A stretch of 64,000 nt of DNA, from NCBI RefSeq assembly GCF_009914755.1, contig NC_060947.1; one strand, 5' to 3'. The stretch is from the human T2T-CHM13v2.0 reference genome, Homo sapiens. Shown one piece after another: positions 16,121 through 34,114 of this stretch. A model generated the notes under the pieces. It searched no databases. It was not told the DNA's origin and worked only from the letters and a program-made list of their open reading frames with translations. The position numbers and the translations under genes were made by a program. The first letter of the stretch is position 1; each line of letters starts with the position of its first letter.

Positions 16121-17067
16121 TAATTCTCAAAAACAAGGCCATCCTAGTATTGGAGTAAATACTCTAAATCACATCACAGTTTAGAAAATATAGGCTTTTG
16201 GACACCCTAGACCAGGGGGGATTGGGGAAGACACAGAACCAAGAATTACAGCACTTTATGAATACAAATGAAGCTGATAAATAAAGACGACACGGATGAG
16301 CTCTAAGGGTAAGAGGTTGTAGTGAAGCTAGTTCAAACAAAGTACACTCCCAAAATTTAACAAAAAGAATAATAATAAATATAAAATATGAAAATTAAGC
16401 AGCAAACATGCAAAGGCTCATACACCACAATCTTTGAAAAGTTGCAGTAAAGGAAATGAGAAACACAGTTTTCATTGATATAGCTCTAATCAAGCCCCTA
16501 TCTCCTATGAATTAGTACAGTGAAAATAATGTAAGTGGATTTTTTAAAGTCCTGAAACTAGATTGAAAGGAAAAGATTTGGAAAATTTCTCACAAGAAGA
16601 GAAGCCACTCTTTATGAACCTCAATATCTCAGCAAAGACCAGAAGTCGGTGAACCTTCATTTTGGTTTTTGCAGATTTGGGCAGATCCTGCTGTAAGAAG
16701 ACATAACAATTAGAATCATCCATAGATAATTTTCTTTAGCAATAACTGAGAGTAGACAAGATAATAAACAAACAAGGAATTAAATAAGATAAAATTATTT
16801 GAAAAAGTAAAGGGTTCAAAAACAAGAAGCTCATGGCCATGTGCTGCTGAATTCTCCCTTCAAGCCTGCGGGATAATAGTACTGTGGCAAAAACCCAAAG
16901 GTTTTATAGTGTTTTTTTTCTCTACTCCCTAGAATGGGTGGATAAAATGGGAAAAGTTGACTTCTGACATTAATTGTATTTGTTGGAAAGAAAGGTTTGA
17001 GGACTTCATTTTAAACAACTTGAAGCCTAAGATACTCTATGTGCAATAGGTGGTGTCACTATTTGGG

Positions 17068-17265
17068 TCAGTGGTTCCCAGTCCTAACTTTGTATTAGAG
17101 TTACTACATGGGGAGCTGCTGAAACATGCCAATTCCTGAGCCTCAAGCTAGATCACATGAATTAGAATCTTTTAGAGGGTGAAGTCCAAGCCTTGGTACT
17201 TTTTTAAAGTTTCCTCAAACTGATTGTGATCATAATAAGGATCCTAGTAAGGATAATCATTGAAC
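17068..17265. mobile_element. MER5-type DNA transposon
   Basis: cagtggttcccag...tgtattagagttac...gaattagaatct...tttttaaagtttcc. Confidence 0.65.
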
Positions 17266-17399
17266 CAAGTGGGATGAATCTTGTTACAGGCATTTTAAGG
17301 AAATTACAGAGAGGAAATCAGAAATCCACAGATTGTGACGGCCCTTGGGCAGCAGAATGTGGCTAGAACACCCAATGCCTAGCATTCAAACTGAGGCTC

Positions 17400-18910
17400 T
17401 TAAGGAGGTACAGAATGCCAAGGGAGTGAAGGGAAATTTATCCCACTATGTTTAGAATTTCTCAGAGAATTCTTTAATTTAAACATGAGTACAATAAAAA
17501 GATATAGAATGACAGATTTGCGAAAAGATTATAGAATGACAGCTTTGCAAAAATACTACAGGAATGAGCAGGAGAGTGGGAGAAAGCAAGGGAGAGTAGG
17601 AAGAAATGGGAATACAGATACTGAATCCACACTTGAAAATAACATCCCTTGGTAAGGAAAAGAAAAATTTCAAGAGAATATGGAGTCATTGAGACAAGAC
17701 ATCAAAGACAAATGATAAAACAACGGAATGAGAAGAATAAGATGAAAAGGGAGATTACAGAGGTAAAAAAAAAAAGCTGTGAATCAAAACAGCACTACTG
17801 AACTATAAAACATATTATATATCATAAAAATGATGAAAGAAGAAACCAGAGGTCATGATATTAATATCAGAGAAGATTGAATTCAAGGGGGGAAGGGGGC
17901 TTTGATAAAGGACACCATCCACAATGAGGATATAACTGCCATAAATATTCATGTACCAAATAACAGAATCAGAATATATAGCACATAAACTGCATAAAAT
18001 GCAACGAGAAATCTTCAAAAACACAGTAGTAGGAGTTGATCTTAACACATTTCTGTCATCTGTAACAGACAAGGTAGACAGAAAATAAGCAAGAATAGCC
18101 AGAAAAATTCTGAAAGAGGAGCATAAGGGAGCAGAATTAAGAGCACTGTGAACCTGCAAAGACTAAGAGTTTGATAGTAGAGAAGAAATAAGTGGACCAA
18201 CAGAACGCAATAGAGTCCAGAATTAGACTGCTATACATATGGAAATTTCATATATGACAAAGGTAGCATTTCATATCAGCAAAGAAAATATGGATGATTC
18301 ACTTGATGATGTTTGCACTTGTGACTGTTTCACAGAAAAGCTGAATTCATTCCTCATTTATTATACCAAAATAAATCCTCAATGGACAAAAGGTTTTAAT
18401 AGTAAAAAAGATGCTAGATGAAAACATAAGGGGATTAATTTATACCCTTGATTTGAAACCAATTCCTAAGCAAAATACAAATGTCAGAATCCAAATGTAA
18501 ACTGTGCTTACTACAAATTCTGAAAATGTCAGAAACAATGACAAAAGACACATTGACAAAGTGTTTGCAGCATATATGACAAATGACTTTGTTTATTGTT
18601 TACAATAAGCTTGTACAAATCAGTGACAAAAGGATGAACAACACCCCCACCACCACCACAAAAGACAGGCAAAGAATAGCAACAGGCAGTTATCAGAAAA
18701 AGAAATACAAATGGCCATTAAACACATGAAAATATGTTCGACCTTATTCATGATTAATGAAATGCAAATAAAAACAGCAATGAAGATGTCTTATTCACCC
18801 ACCTGATCGTCAATAACTCAAAAGTTCACCAAGATGAGTAACAGGCACTCTCATACACTGTTGGTGGAAATGCAAATTGATGCCACCTCTGGGGAAGATA
18901 ATTGGGCAAT
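17400..18910 (+). mobile_element. Ancient L1M (L1ME-like) fragments
   Basis: Degenerate ORF1/ORF2-like A-rich sequence, e.g. aaatggccattaaacacatgaaaatatgttc...gaaatgcaaataaaaac and ggcactctcatacactgttggtggaaatgcaaattg. Confidence 0.75.
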
Positions 18911-19632
18911 AGAGGCAGTCCATGTATCCAGAAATAATCGCTACTGGAAAAAGGGTCACTTAAAGGAAGTCTACTTAAAATAGGAACCACAATATCATCA
19001 TTAATTTTTTGAATGTTTGATTGAAATTTTTTTTTTAAAAATTTAAACCTCCAAAAAGGTGTCTTATCTTATAATTTTTAAAAAGGTTTAATGCAACTAC
19101 AAGCACATCCTTTGAGCAATACATAAATCAAATATTGGTTGTGGGGTTTTTTTGGTATGCCTTTTCTGACAAAATTGCATAATAGTGCAAAAAGGCATTG
19201 TTCTCATTATTTCATAGCAGGATCATAAAGAGTAAGTTTTACAAAATATCAACGGGCTTCATCAGTTTTCCCAAGGACCTCTCATAGTTCCTGATATTCC
19301 AATCATTCTCTTTCATCCTAGCCATCTTGTCACTATATGCATGGGTTTGTTCTGTCCCTCAAAAGATAACTATGCCAAGTCTCACCTGCCAATGGCTTTG
19401 TGGAATTCAAGCAAATCTCCCTCACTTTCATCAGCCTCATTAAGTCTTGTGTCTTTTACAATATTTAAAATTTCACATTGCCATTGATTTACACTCTCTT
19501 TCTATTGTAGAGATTGACAAAGACATTTATGTGTTGAGCAAGGATAGACTCCAGTGTTAAGTAGAGATGGCTGAGTAGGGAAAAAAAATGTCCTAAATAG
19601 CCAATTAAGTAAAAAATATTGTTGTGCTTTAG

Positions 19633-20015
19633 TGTATTAGTCCATTTTCACACCGTTATAAAGAACTACCTAAGACTGGGTAATTTATGAAGAAAAAGGA
19701 TTTAATTTACTCAGTTCTGCATTGCTGGAGAGTCCTCAGGAAACTTACATGTCCTCAGAGAAACTTTTAACTTCACGACAGAAGTTAAAGGGGTAGCAAG
19801 GACCTTCTTCACATGGTGGCAGGAGAGAGAGAGAGAAGGGGAAACCGCCACACACCTTTAAACCATCAGATCTCATGAGAACTCAATATCATAAGAACAG
19901 CATGGGGGAATCAGACCCTGTGATCCAATCACCTCCCACTAGGTCCCTCCCTTGACACATAGGGACTATAATTTTAGATGAGATTTGGGTGGGGACACAG
20001 AGCCAAACCATATCA
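19633..20015 (-). mobile_element. MaLR solo LTR (THE1D/MSTA-like)
   Basis: TGTATTAGTCC...CCAAACCATATCA termini; near-TSD tttag / tttaa. Confidence 0.9.
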
Positions 20016-20144
20016 TTTAATGCATTTTGCTCCTCCATAAAAATCTTTATTTTTATTTTTTTACTAACTCTAGGGACTCAGATAGGTATTTGGTTAATAA
20101 GGATTTCCCATTTTATACTGAAGTTTAAAATGCATCTATTCTTT

Positions 20145-20891
20145 TTTTTATTATACTTTAAGTTCTGGGGTACATGTGCAGAACGTGCAGGTTTGTTACA
20201 TAGGTATGTATACATGTGCCATGGTGGTTTGCTGCACTCATCAACTTGTGATCTACATTAGGTATTTCTCCTAATGCTATCCCTCCCCTAGCCCCCCACA
20301 CTCTGTCAGGCGTCAGTGTGTGATGTTCCCCTCCCTGTGTCCATGTGTTCTCATTGTTCAGCTCCAACTTATGAGTGAGAACATGCGATGTTTGGTTTTC
20401 TGTTCCTGTGTTAGTTTGCTGAGAATGATGGTTTCCAGCTTCATCCATGTCTCTGCAAGGGACATGAACTCATCCTTTTTTATGGCTGCATAGTATTCCA
20501 TGGTGTATATGTGCCACATTTTCTTTATCCAGTCTATCATTGATGGGCATTTGGGCTGGTTCCAAGTCTTTGCTATTGTGAATAGTGCTGCAATAAACAT
20601 ATGTGTGCATGTGTCTTTATAGTAGAATGAGTTATAATCCTTTGGGTATATAATCAGTAATGGGATTGCTGGGTCAAATGGTATTTCTGATTCCAGATCC
20701 TTGAGGAATTGCCACAGTGTCTTCCACAATGGTTGAACTAATTTACACTCCCACCAACAGTGTAAAAGCATTCCTATTTTTCCACATCCTCTCTAGCATC
20801 TGTTCTTTCCGGACTTTTTAATGATTGCCATTCTAACTGGTGTGAGATATTATCTCATTGTGGTTTTGATTTGCATTTCTCTAATGACCAG
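20145..20891 (-). mobile_element. 5'-truncated L1PA7-like LINE-1 (~750 bp)
   Basis: ORF 20358-20771 is the L1 ORF2 C-terminus; TSD tgcatctattcttt at 20131-20144 and 20892-20905. Confidence 0.95.
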
Positions 20892-20909
20892 TGCATCTAT
20901 TCTTTGTAT

Positions 20910-21197
20910 GCTGCCTAGAATGCTCTTTTCTCCTCTTTGTTATCTCATACTCATCTTTCAATAGTCAGCTCAAGCATGAATTCCTCAGGGGAGCCCTTTA
21001 GGGCCTCCCTGACTAAGTCAAATACTTTATTACAGGTTCTTAAAGCATCTTTGGAGCATGTGTCACAGTTGCAATTCAACATTTCTGTAATTTAATTAAT
21101 GACTATCTTCCCCACCAGACTATTTACTCCACAGAGGCAAGGATTACCTCTGGCACAGAGTAGTCCCTCAACAAATATCTATTTAATGCATGAATAA
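20910..21197 (+). mobile_element. L2 3' fragment
   Basis: tatcttccccaccagact...tggcacagagtagtccctcaacaaatatctatttaatgcatgaat. Confidence 0.65.
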
Positions 21198-21199
21198 CA

Positions 21200-21590
21200 G
21201 AGAGAAACTGAAAACTACCTAAATCCCTCAATAAGAGAATGGTTAATCAAAGTAGGCTACATCCATAATGGAACATTGTATTATGTAGTCATTAAAAAGG
21301 ATGAGGTTTGTCCTGATATAGAATGATTTCCACAATATATTAAAATTTAAAAAGCAAGGTGCAAAACAGTTTGTAAGATTCTGTGTATGTAAATTTACAA
21401 AGACTACATATATACGCTGATAAGTGCAAACAATATTGTTCTAGAAGAAATTACTAAGAGTTTACCGATGGGGAAATTGACTAGGGTGGATGAGGGGGGA
21501 AATTTTTAGTTTTCTTTTATGCATTTCTATACTGTTTTAATTGTTTTACTATATTCATGTGCTATTTTAATTTAATAAAAATACATTGTT
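21200..21590 (+). mobile_element. Ancient L1ME 3' end
   Basis: aaaactacctaaatccctcaataagagaatggttaa...gtagtcattaaaaaggatgagg. Confidence 0.7.
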
Positions 21591-21719
21591 TTTTGATAGA
21601 GGGCACCAGTACTGACCAGTAGAATGAGGCCAGAAGTTCAAAGTCCATTGTAAACAATCAGCAACCGGAATCCATGCCAGAGTTGAAATAACCTATTATA
21701 TTTCTTATTTTGGTTGGTG

Positions 21720-23270
<1,551 letters not shown>

Positions 23271-24840
23271 GTTGTGTGTTAGTATAAACTATTAACGGTA
23301 TATCATGCTTGCATACTTATGTACAATTTTTTCTGGGAAACAAAATATTATCGAGATTTTATATGAAGTAACTCCATTAACTGCCCTGAAAGAATAGCAA
23401 ATGCATTTTTTTTTTTACATCTAATAAACCTTCATGCTGCTGGTTGAAAGGCTGCGTAAAACTTTGCCTCCCTGGGACACAGCCAAAATCTAAGGCAAAC
23501 AGACCTTTTTCCTCTTAGATCTAATGTTACAAATCTATGTGGCAAGAAAGGCAAAGCAAATAAATGGCCTTTACAAGCCATGCAATTTAACAGCAGTGAA
23601 CAAATCAGCCATTTGGTACTTGTGCAAACATTCCGTGCCATCTTCTCAGGTCACATGAAGGAATTGGGTCTAGCATATCTAACAACAACAAAAAAATAAA
23701 GCAGAAACATCTTTTCTTCCCCCACCCTCTGCACAGGGACTTTCAAATTCACAGATACTAATTCTGAATTAGCAAACTCTAGCTAGCCACTGCCGCTTTA
23801 GTCTCAACATTTAGATTAAGAATCACTACAGTTGTTCTTTTGGTATACAGTGGTAAGTGGTTAATAAAATAACAAATCTAAGTTTTTTAGCTTCCTAGGG
23901 CCCCTCCAAAATGTACCAAGTTATTCATCAACATTAGGCCCAGTCAGCATTTACTAACTTCTCCTGAAATGATAATGAAATCATTTGAATATTATATGGT
24001 TAAGTGTTTTTTAAAGAGGAAAATTTATAATGCTATTGGAGCAGAGAGGAGGGACCTGGGAGTTAAGAGAATATTATTGAAGGAGATAGAACCTGAGCTG
24101 AAACTTGAAAAAAGGGAGTTAGTTGGGAAGGGTATCCCGAGCAGAGGGGCATTATGAATAAAGACAGACACGTACACATGAAATAGAATAGTATGGGTGA
24201 AGATCTACAAGCAGCATAAGAGACATAACATGTTGAAAAAGAGGCTGGATAAATAGGCAGGGGCAAGACCAAGAAAGACTTTAAATGCCATATTAGGAAG
24301 ACTGGTTCTATGTAGGATGTGCTATAATATGATTAATGTTCTAGAGCATTCTGGCAGCTGTGTGAAGAATGGATTGGGAGATAAAGGACACCCCACAAAC
24401 CCAGTATAAAGCATACATTTGGACACACTATAATAAAAGCATGTTGAATGAATGCAATCCATGACATTCTGTTTCCAGCAAACAATTCCCCAAAAGACTT
24501 ATATTTCATTGTCACTTCCTTCCCCACTTCCCACGTTCCATGAGGGCATATGTTTTCCAGTAACTATGTTACTATTTTTAGGTCCCAAGCTGTTCTGGAG
24601 ACCTCTATATGGTACAGAAAAGTCGTAATTAGGAATCAGGGACCTAAGACTTGAGAAAGAATTCCCAGCCTGGGATGATGTGAACTGAAGTTGAGACTAG
24701 TTAGCCTGAAGCTTAAAAAAAAGCTTGTCAGGTCACTTGGTAAGATTGGGTAAAGAAAAGCCACATGATTCCTAAGCTTCCCCTTCTTCCAGCATTTTAT
24801 GGATATATTCTCAGCTATCTTTCTATCTCTTCTTCCCACA

Positions 24841-25194
24841 TGATATGGTTTGGCTCTGTCCCCACCCAAATCTTATCTTGAATTCCCACGTGTTGTGGGA
24901 GGAACCTGGTGGGAGGTAATTGAATCATGGGGGTAGGTCTTTCCCATGCTGTTCTAGTGACAGTGAATAAGTCTCATGAGATCTGATGGTTTTAAAAATG
25001 GGAGTTCCCTGCACAAGCTCTCCCTTTGCCTGCTGCCATCCGTGTAAGATGTGACTTGCTCCTCCTTGCCTTCCACCATGATTGGGAGGCTTCCCCAGCC
25101 ACATGAAATTGTAAGTCCAATTAAACCTCTTTCTTTTGTAAATTTCCCAGTCTCAAGTATGTCTTTATCAGCAGCATGAAAATGTACTAATACA
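24841..25194 (+). mobile_element. THE1 solo LTR (THE1A/B-like)
   Basis: TGATATGGTTTGGCTC...ACTAATACA termini, 354 bp, attaaa polyA signal; near-TSD ccaca / cccca. Confidence 0.92.
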
Positions 25195-25510
25195 CCCCAC
25201 TACAACTCACTTCATCTACTGCACCCAGCCTGTGAAACAGCTACCCTTCCTTCAGCAATGATAATCTCTGACTTGTCAGGGTGACAAGAAAGGGGGAGTG
25301 TCAATCCAACTGAAGTTGTTATAGAGCCAGGTAACATTTGCCCAGACCACGCCTGTAGAACAGGCTTTTGAGTACACATAACTTTGGTATCATTCTCTCA
25401 ATCCTGTCAGCTAACACCTTCAGTGACAGATATCATTTGGGAACTTGTTTTAGCAAAGCAAACCTGGCCCTGCAGCTCTCCCTGACCACACACATGTTTT
25501 CAGGATCTCA

Positions 25511-25511
25511 T

Positions 25512-25544
<33 letters not shown>

Positions 25545-25545
25545 A

Positions 25546-25585
<40 letters not shown>
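25511..25585 (+). repeat. Compound (CT)n(CA)n microsatellite
   Basis: Direct reading. Confidence 0.97.
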
Positions 25586-25590
<5 letters not shown>

Positions 25591-27139
25591 AAAACATTTT
25601 ATTTGAGAAAAAATCAACTCAGACTGCCACTAAAGTTTACTACTCAAGAGATACACTCAAAAGTTCTGTCACAGAAAGTGGCTTTCATGTGGAACCATGC
25701 AGAGTTTTTAGGGGCTGGCACTGTCCGTGATCTGTAAAATCCCCATTTCCCAGTACTAGAGTCCTGGAGTCCTGAAGATATGTGTCAGAGTTCAATCCTC
25801 TGCCTGATTGTCCTTTATTACTCTACCTCCCCTTCTCTCCCAGTGTAGTCTACCCACTTGTGATTGAGGCATCTGAGGACATTCCTTCCACACACCTCAC
25901 ATTAATTCTCACAATCCCATGCCCAGTCATTCTTTTCCTTTCTGCCTACTGCCGTAAGTTCTCTAAGCTAAAACAGACCTCTCTCAGCAGAGGGGCTTTT
26001 TCCTCTCAAAAGATAATCAAGAGAAGCTCTCTACTAACTTAGTAGTAAAACTGAAAGCTAAATAATTAGACCTTTATGACACAAAAGGATACACACATAT
26101 AGCCATACAAATATGGCCCAGAAATAATGATTACATATATATGCATGTATATACTCACACCAACACACGATCCTTATTTCTATGACTATTTCATAGCCAA
26201 TACATTAAGACCTGATTTAGAGAGAGAATTAGACTAGGCCAATGTATGGATTTGGAGTCTTACAATGGATAGTGATTTATTTTCAAGTGAAACCTTTGTG
26301 CAGAAAGAAAACACATCTCTTAGTCTACACCCTCTTCAATAGAAGGTGCAGGCATCTAATCGGTTAGTAATTCAAATGTCTGGAGTTGGGTGCTGGCTCA
26401 AACTCAAAGCCAGAAGCAGGCAGAGGCTTCTTGGCAAGAATCTCCCTCTTCTTTCTTCTTCCAGAGTACCTTTTCCCCTTCTCGCTCAGGCACTCTATAC
26501 TCTTGGGAGAACCTCTGCTCTGAGGGAATGAAAAGAACTAATGAAGACCTTCATATTGAAATCTTAATGACAACGTGTTACTCTTTGCAGGGCTGTTTCC
26601 ATTTTAAAAGAGAGCAGAGAGTCTAACCCTAAGAAAGAAATCCCTAATAGTGGAATTTCAATAATATGATACTTGAATAAGAAAGTTATAAGTGGTGAGG
26701 AAATAGGGCCACAAGGGCTTTCCAACATCCCTTAAATTATACCTAGCCTTTTACGTGTATGTAAAACTAACATGATGTTGACACTCACCTGCTCAACGTA
26801 CTTCATTCATCTCCACTATCTATAAGATCAAGTCCATAGTTCTTAGTCTAACATTTAAATCTTCTCACTCTTTCCCAGGCTCACCTTCACTTTTCTCCTG
26901 TGAAACTTCTTCACTGTACCCCTTATCTCTTGAACATACCTTCACTTCCAATTTTTTGCTCATGAGGCCTCTTCTTGGAATTCCCTGCTCCTCTACAGTA
27001 TTTAAACATCAACCCCATTCATTCTTCAAAGATCAGCTCAAATCCTAACCTCCTCTATAAAATTTTCTCTAATCTTCCCACACAGAAATAATATATTCCT
27101 GCATTATAACCCAAATCCAGAAAAATACAATACCACCGA

Positions 27140-27350
27140 ATGATTGGAGTTGGACAGGTTTGGCTTCATAATCATCCTTTATTATTTTCTACTAACTGTG
27201 TAAATATGAATAAGCAGCCTACCTCTTTGGGCCTTACTTTCCTCATGTTTATGGTGGTGATAATGGTAACTATCTCACAAAGTTGTAAGCATTAAATATG
27301 ATAATTCAAAAAGGCACTAACCCAGTGCCTGAATGAATAACGCTATTATT
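27140..27350 (+). mobile_element. MIR SINE
   Basis: ctactaactgtgtaaat...cctacctctttgggccttactttcctcatg...tatctcacaaagttgt. Confidence 0.7.
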
Positions 27351-28099
27351 GTATATACACATTCACAAAAACTATGAGAACACTGGACTACTTCATCAAG
27401 CCCTCTTTTCTTCTTCCTTTATCTACTGCCTACATATGTCTTCCATCTTGTTTTTCTAACATGAACTATCAGAGTATGTAAGATGTTACTAGCTGCCCAC
27501 CAAAATCTGTTCTCCACTTTTTTTCTGAGCACACAGAGAGACTGTTTCCTAATCTCCCTTGCAGTTAAGTGTGGCTATATGACTATCCACATAAGAGACT
27601 TGTGTTTTAGCTTTATCTTTTTCAATAAACTTTTACACAACCTTGCAGAAGTCGCTTTACTTCCCTTGATCTCAATATTGTCATCTGAGAGACAGGGATA
27701 ATAAATTATAGTGAATAAAGTATCTGAAATGAATCTTCTTTCCATATTACTCTGCCCTCAAATGCAGGGACTGGGTCCCCAATTTCTGATGTGTTCTCAA
27801 ATACATACAAATATTTAATAACCATTAGGGCTCAATAACCTTGGCCAAATAACCAAAAAGGCCCTAAATGACACATGTGACCTCAGGTAACCAGGAAAGA
27901 AAGGCAAGAATACCCTTTTCACCTATAAAGTCCCACAAAAACTCTGTTGTATCGTATCACAATGCATATCCCCAAAGGTCATCCTTAATTATAATTAAAA
28001 TAAATGTTATTATTATATTCAAATTGCCTTAGGATATCATTAGCAAGATGATGGGCTAGGAAGCCCTGGACCCTTTATTCTCCAACAAACATATCTATT

Positions 28100-28655
28100 T
28101 CATCAATGAATGAATGGATGCAGAAAATGTGGCTTATATGCACAATGGAATATTACTGTCCTAAAATGGAGAAGATCTTGTCATTTGCAACAACACAGAG
28201 AAACCTGGAGCACACTATGTTAAGTAAAATAAACCAGGAACAGAAAGACAAATATCACATTATCTTATTTATATGTGGAATCTAAAAGAGAGTCCATCAC
28301 CTAGAAGCAGAGAGATGGATACTAGGGGCTGAAGTGGTTGTGTGTGTGGGTGAAGGGAGGGGAATGAAGTTGTTGGACACAATATAGAAAATTTCAGCTA
28401 GATAGGAAGAATAAGTTCAAGACATCTACTATACAATATGGTGACTACAACAAATAACAGTATGTTGTATTATTAAAAATGCTATGAGAGTGGGTATAAA
28501 GTGTTCTCACCACAAAAATAATAACTATGTGAGGTAATGCATTTGTTAATTAGCTGGATTTAGTCATTCCACAATGTGTGTGTGTATATGTCAAAATATC
28601 ATGGTGTACACAATACATATAATTTTATCTGTCTATTTAAATACTTTAAAAAGAA
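28100..28655 (+). mobile_element. L1MA-type 3' end
   Basis: gaatggatgcagaaaatgtgg...gtcatttgcaacaac...gtgttctcaccacaaaaataataactatgtgaggtaatgc. Confidence 0.85.
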
Positions 28656-28702
28656 AACATTTCCAATTACAATAGCATCACAAATCAATGCTGTGTGTAG
28701 AC

Positions 28703-29035
<333 letters not shown>

Positions 29036-29039
29036 TAAA

Positions 29040-30095
29040 TAATAGCATCATGTTCATGGATAAGAAGGCTTAATATTGTTATTGAATCTACAGATCAATG
29101 CAATATACATCAAAGGACCACTTTGCTCTTTTTGCAGAAATGGACATACTTTTCCTAACATTCATTTTGAAATTCAAGGGGTCAAAAATAGAAGAAAAAA
29201 AAAGAAATCTGGAAAAAGAAAAACAAAGTTTCAGGACTCAGAGTTCCAAATTTCAAATTTTACTACAAAGCTACAATAATCAAAACAGCATGGTACTGAC
29301 ATAAAGATAAACATATAAATCAATGGAATAGAATTGAAAGTCCAGAAATAAACCCTTACATTTGTGGTTAACTTTATTCAAGGTTACCAAGACAATAAAT
29401 GGGGAAAAGGTAGTCTCTTCAATGATAATGCTGGAATAGCTGGATATCCACATGCAAAAAAATGAAATTAGACCTCTACTTTATACCATATACAAAAATT
29501 AAGTCAAACTTGATCTATGACTGAACTATAAGAGCAAGCCCCACGAAACTCTCAGAGAAAACACAGGGATAAACGTTTATTACCTTAAATTTGGCAATGA
29601 AATGTAGCTATGACAACAGAATCATAATAAAAACTTTGACTTTATAAAAATTAAAATTTTTGTGCTTCAAAAGACATCATCCAGAAAGTTGTGACAATCC
29701 ATCCACAGAATGGAAATGTTATTTAGCGATAAAAAAGAATGAAGTATGGAACATACTGTAAAACAGAGGAAACTGAAAGCATGGTAAGTGATAGAAACTT
29801 ATGACAGATGACCACATACTGAATGATTCTTTTAATATGAAATGTTCAGAATACGCAAATTTATAGAGACAAAAGATAGATTCATGATTGCCTTGAGCTG
29901 GGGAGCAGGGTCTATAGGGGAATAGAGAGAGATGCTGAAAGGGCACAGGGTTTCTTTGTGGGAGGATAAAAATATTCTAAAAGTAGATTGTGCTGATAGT
30001 TGCAAAACCCTGTGAATATACTGAAAACATTGAATTGTATTCATTAAATGGATAATATGGTATGTGAATTACAACTCAATACAGCTGTTAAAAAA
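29040..30095 (+). mobile_element. L1MB-type ORF2 fragments and 3' end
   Basis: tactacaaagctacaataatcaaaacagcatggtactg...; 3'UTR tttatagagacaaaagatagattcatgattgcc...ggtatgtgaattacaactcaat. Confidence 0.85.
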
Positions 30096-30590
30096 CACAC
30101 ACTATTTAATACAATTCAAGAGGTGATTGTTTCTAGAAGCAAATGATACAAATTGTACAGCCTTCTTGGCAGGAACATTTCTGCCAGGTCACCTATCCCT
30201 AATCATTTCAAAATTGCAGACTCTTGGAGATAGATTTTTCAGTTTGGAAAATTCAGCTTTTTTGGCCAATTTATTCATCATTTGTAGAAGATTTCTGATA
30301 ACCTCTAAACTGACACTCTCAGAACTCAATAATATATAATATTTTGGAGCTTGATTGTTCCAAAGAAGTAAATAAATAGATCTATATAGTCCATATTTAT
30401 TTGAAGCCTATCTTCATCCTTTGGCTTATTGCATCATTGTAATAATCATTGCTTAACCACAGAATAGATCATAGATCCCGTAAAATGTGGGCTCACCATG
30501 ATAAAAATTGAAAGATTTTTCCTATGCAGAGTGAGGGGAGAAGGTGGCACAATAAGTGGGTATGGAGGTTGTCTTAATATATTTTTTGGA

Positions 30591-32128
<1,538 letters not shown>

Positions 32129-34114
32129 TGTGCACATGGAATGTCTTTTAGTGGCAACTTTAATAATTGCAATACTAATGCAAGATATTACAATATTTGT
32201 GTAAGCCAATGCAATCATTAATTCAACAAATGTTAGTACCTGTGGGGGATAACAAAACAATTAACACAGCCTCAGCCCTCAAGGAACATTTACTAGAGCT
32301 GAAGAGAAACAAAAACTACCAGAAACAATGTTAAATAACCACAAAATAAAAGAAAATAGGAGAGATAAAAAGGCAACTAAATGGTACAAGATTACTAGGA
32401 GCTGAGGTAATGATGATAAGTCATCAGCAGTTATTATTCTTCAACCCAGTGCTCTATCCAACTACATCAACTGAACAGAATCTGAAGTTCTAGTAGACCA
32501 CAGTGATGGCAGAGGAATGGAAATGGCAATGGCAAAGGAATGAAATGGCAATGGAAAATCTCAATACATAGACTGTAGTCATTTTCCAGAAGAGCAGTAA
32601 TAGGAAGTTACATAAGATGCACAGAAAGTCCTGAAAAATAGAAAAATATGTGATTAGCTAACTAGGGGGAGAGACATAAATCATGTTTCAAGCCCAAATA
32701 TCTTGGTGGTTGCATTTTTTAATGTAAACTGTGCAAAAAGGGAAATGTAAAACTTCAGTGAATCGAGCCTTAAATATTACTCCTACAGGCAGTTTCAACA
32801 GTTTACTGGTAATATACCAAGCTCTATAGCTAACGTAAAATATAGAGCCTGTGACAGACATTCTCATAAGGGAACCGAATTTATGAGCCAACTTGCTATT
32901 TAAAGGTGAATGAACTTCAGCCTTTACTATGGTATCTCCCTAACTAGTAAACACCCTCCCCTCGTGTTAATTGTGCTTATTGTCAAAATAAAGATCCTGC
33001 CAGGTCTCCAGCCAGCAACGTACTGTGATATCAATGTCCGTCATATCAATATCATCCAACCACCACATTTAGAAAAGAAATGTGACTCATTCTTCAGCTG
33101 CCTCTAATCAATAACTCCAGAATTTATATTCAATAAACATCCACACTTTGCTTCTAAACAAATAATTTCATCATAAGCTAGTTCTCTGTAAAAACTACAA
33201 TAAGTTTTCACAATATATTATGGGAGCTCAGGCCATTCAGTTCTAAATAATGGCTCCTTTTGCTGGACAAGTAAATTGAAATTGATTTGTTTCAGCCGCC
33301 TATGCTAGAACACACAATGCCTGCTTACAACAAGCCTATTGACTTCTGCAAACAGGACTCCAGCCTGCTTCCTCAAGGACTCCTGGCAAGATTTTTAAAT
33401 CATCCTACCTTCTCCCCACTAACCCCAAGAACAAAGCATCCATTTAAATAGGAAATCTGCACAATATGTCCAAGAAAAGGCATGTGAGAAAGCTTCTTTT
33501 GAGATCAACTGAGCAGAGACCAAGGTGAGGAGTAAGCCCTCAGATGAAAGGAAAATGACACAAAGAAGAGGCTGATTGAAAGTCAAATCAACTCCTCCTT
33601 GTAAATCACAAGGTGGGGGAGAAAAGAGAGAAAGTCCCACTCTTCTGCTGTCTCCTGCTCCCCTCCGCTTTCCCCTCCCTTGGGACAGTGCCATCATGGA
33701 GACAGTTGAGGATTCACAGAAAAAATTGTAAGATAACTCTCATCTTTGGAGGGATGGCTATAAGCAGCTGAAGAGACAATACAGACATCTGGTCAATGGC
33801 TTCCAAAAGTGTTTCATGTGAAGTCCACAATGCTTCCAATGCTTTCTGTCACTTAGAAGAGAAAAGCCAGCAGAAAAGAACAAAAATCTGATTCTTACAC
33901 TGCTTACACAGGAGTCTGAGAGTGGATCGTTGGCAACACAGGGGTTTCTTTGTAAGAGGATGCATCTAGACCAGAGGCTGGCAGTAGTGACCCTCCATTA
34001 TGAGATCCAGGGATATATTTAATTTAGCAAACATCAAAATGACTGTCCTTGTTCAGCCCAGGACATTTCTGTGGATTTTAGTTTCCAAAAGGATTATTTT
34101 TTATATATACATAT

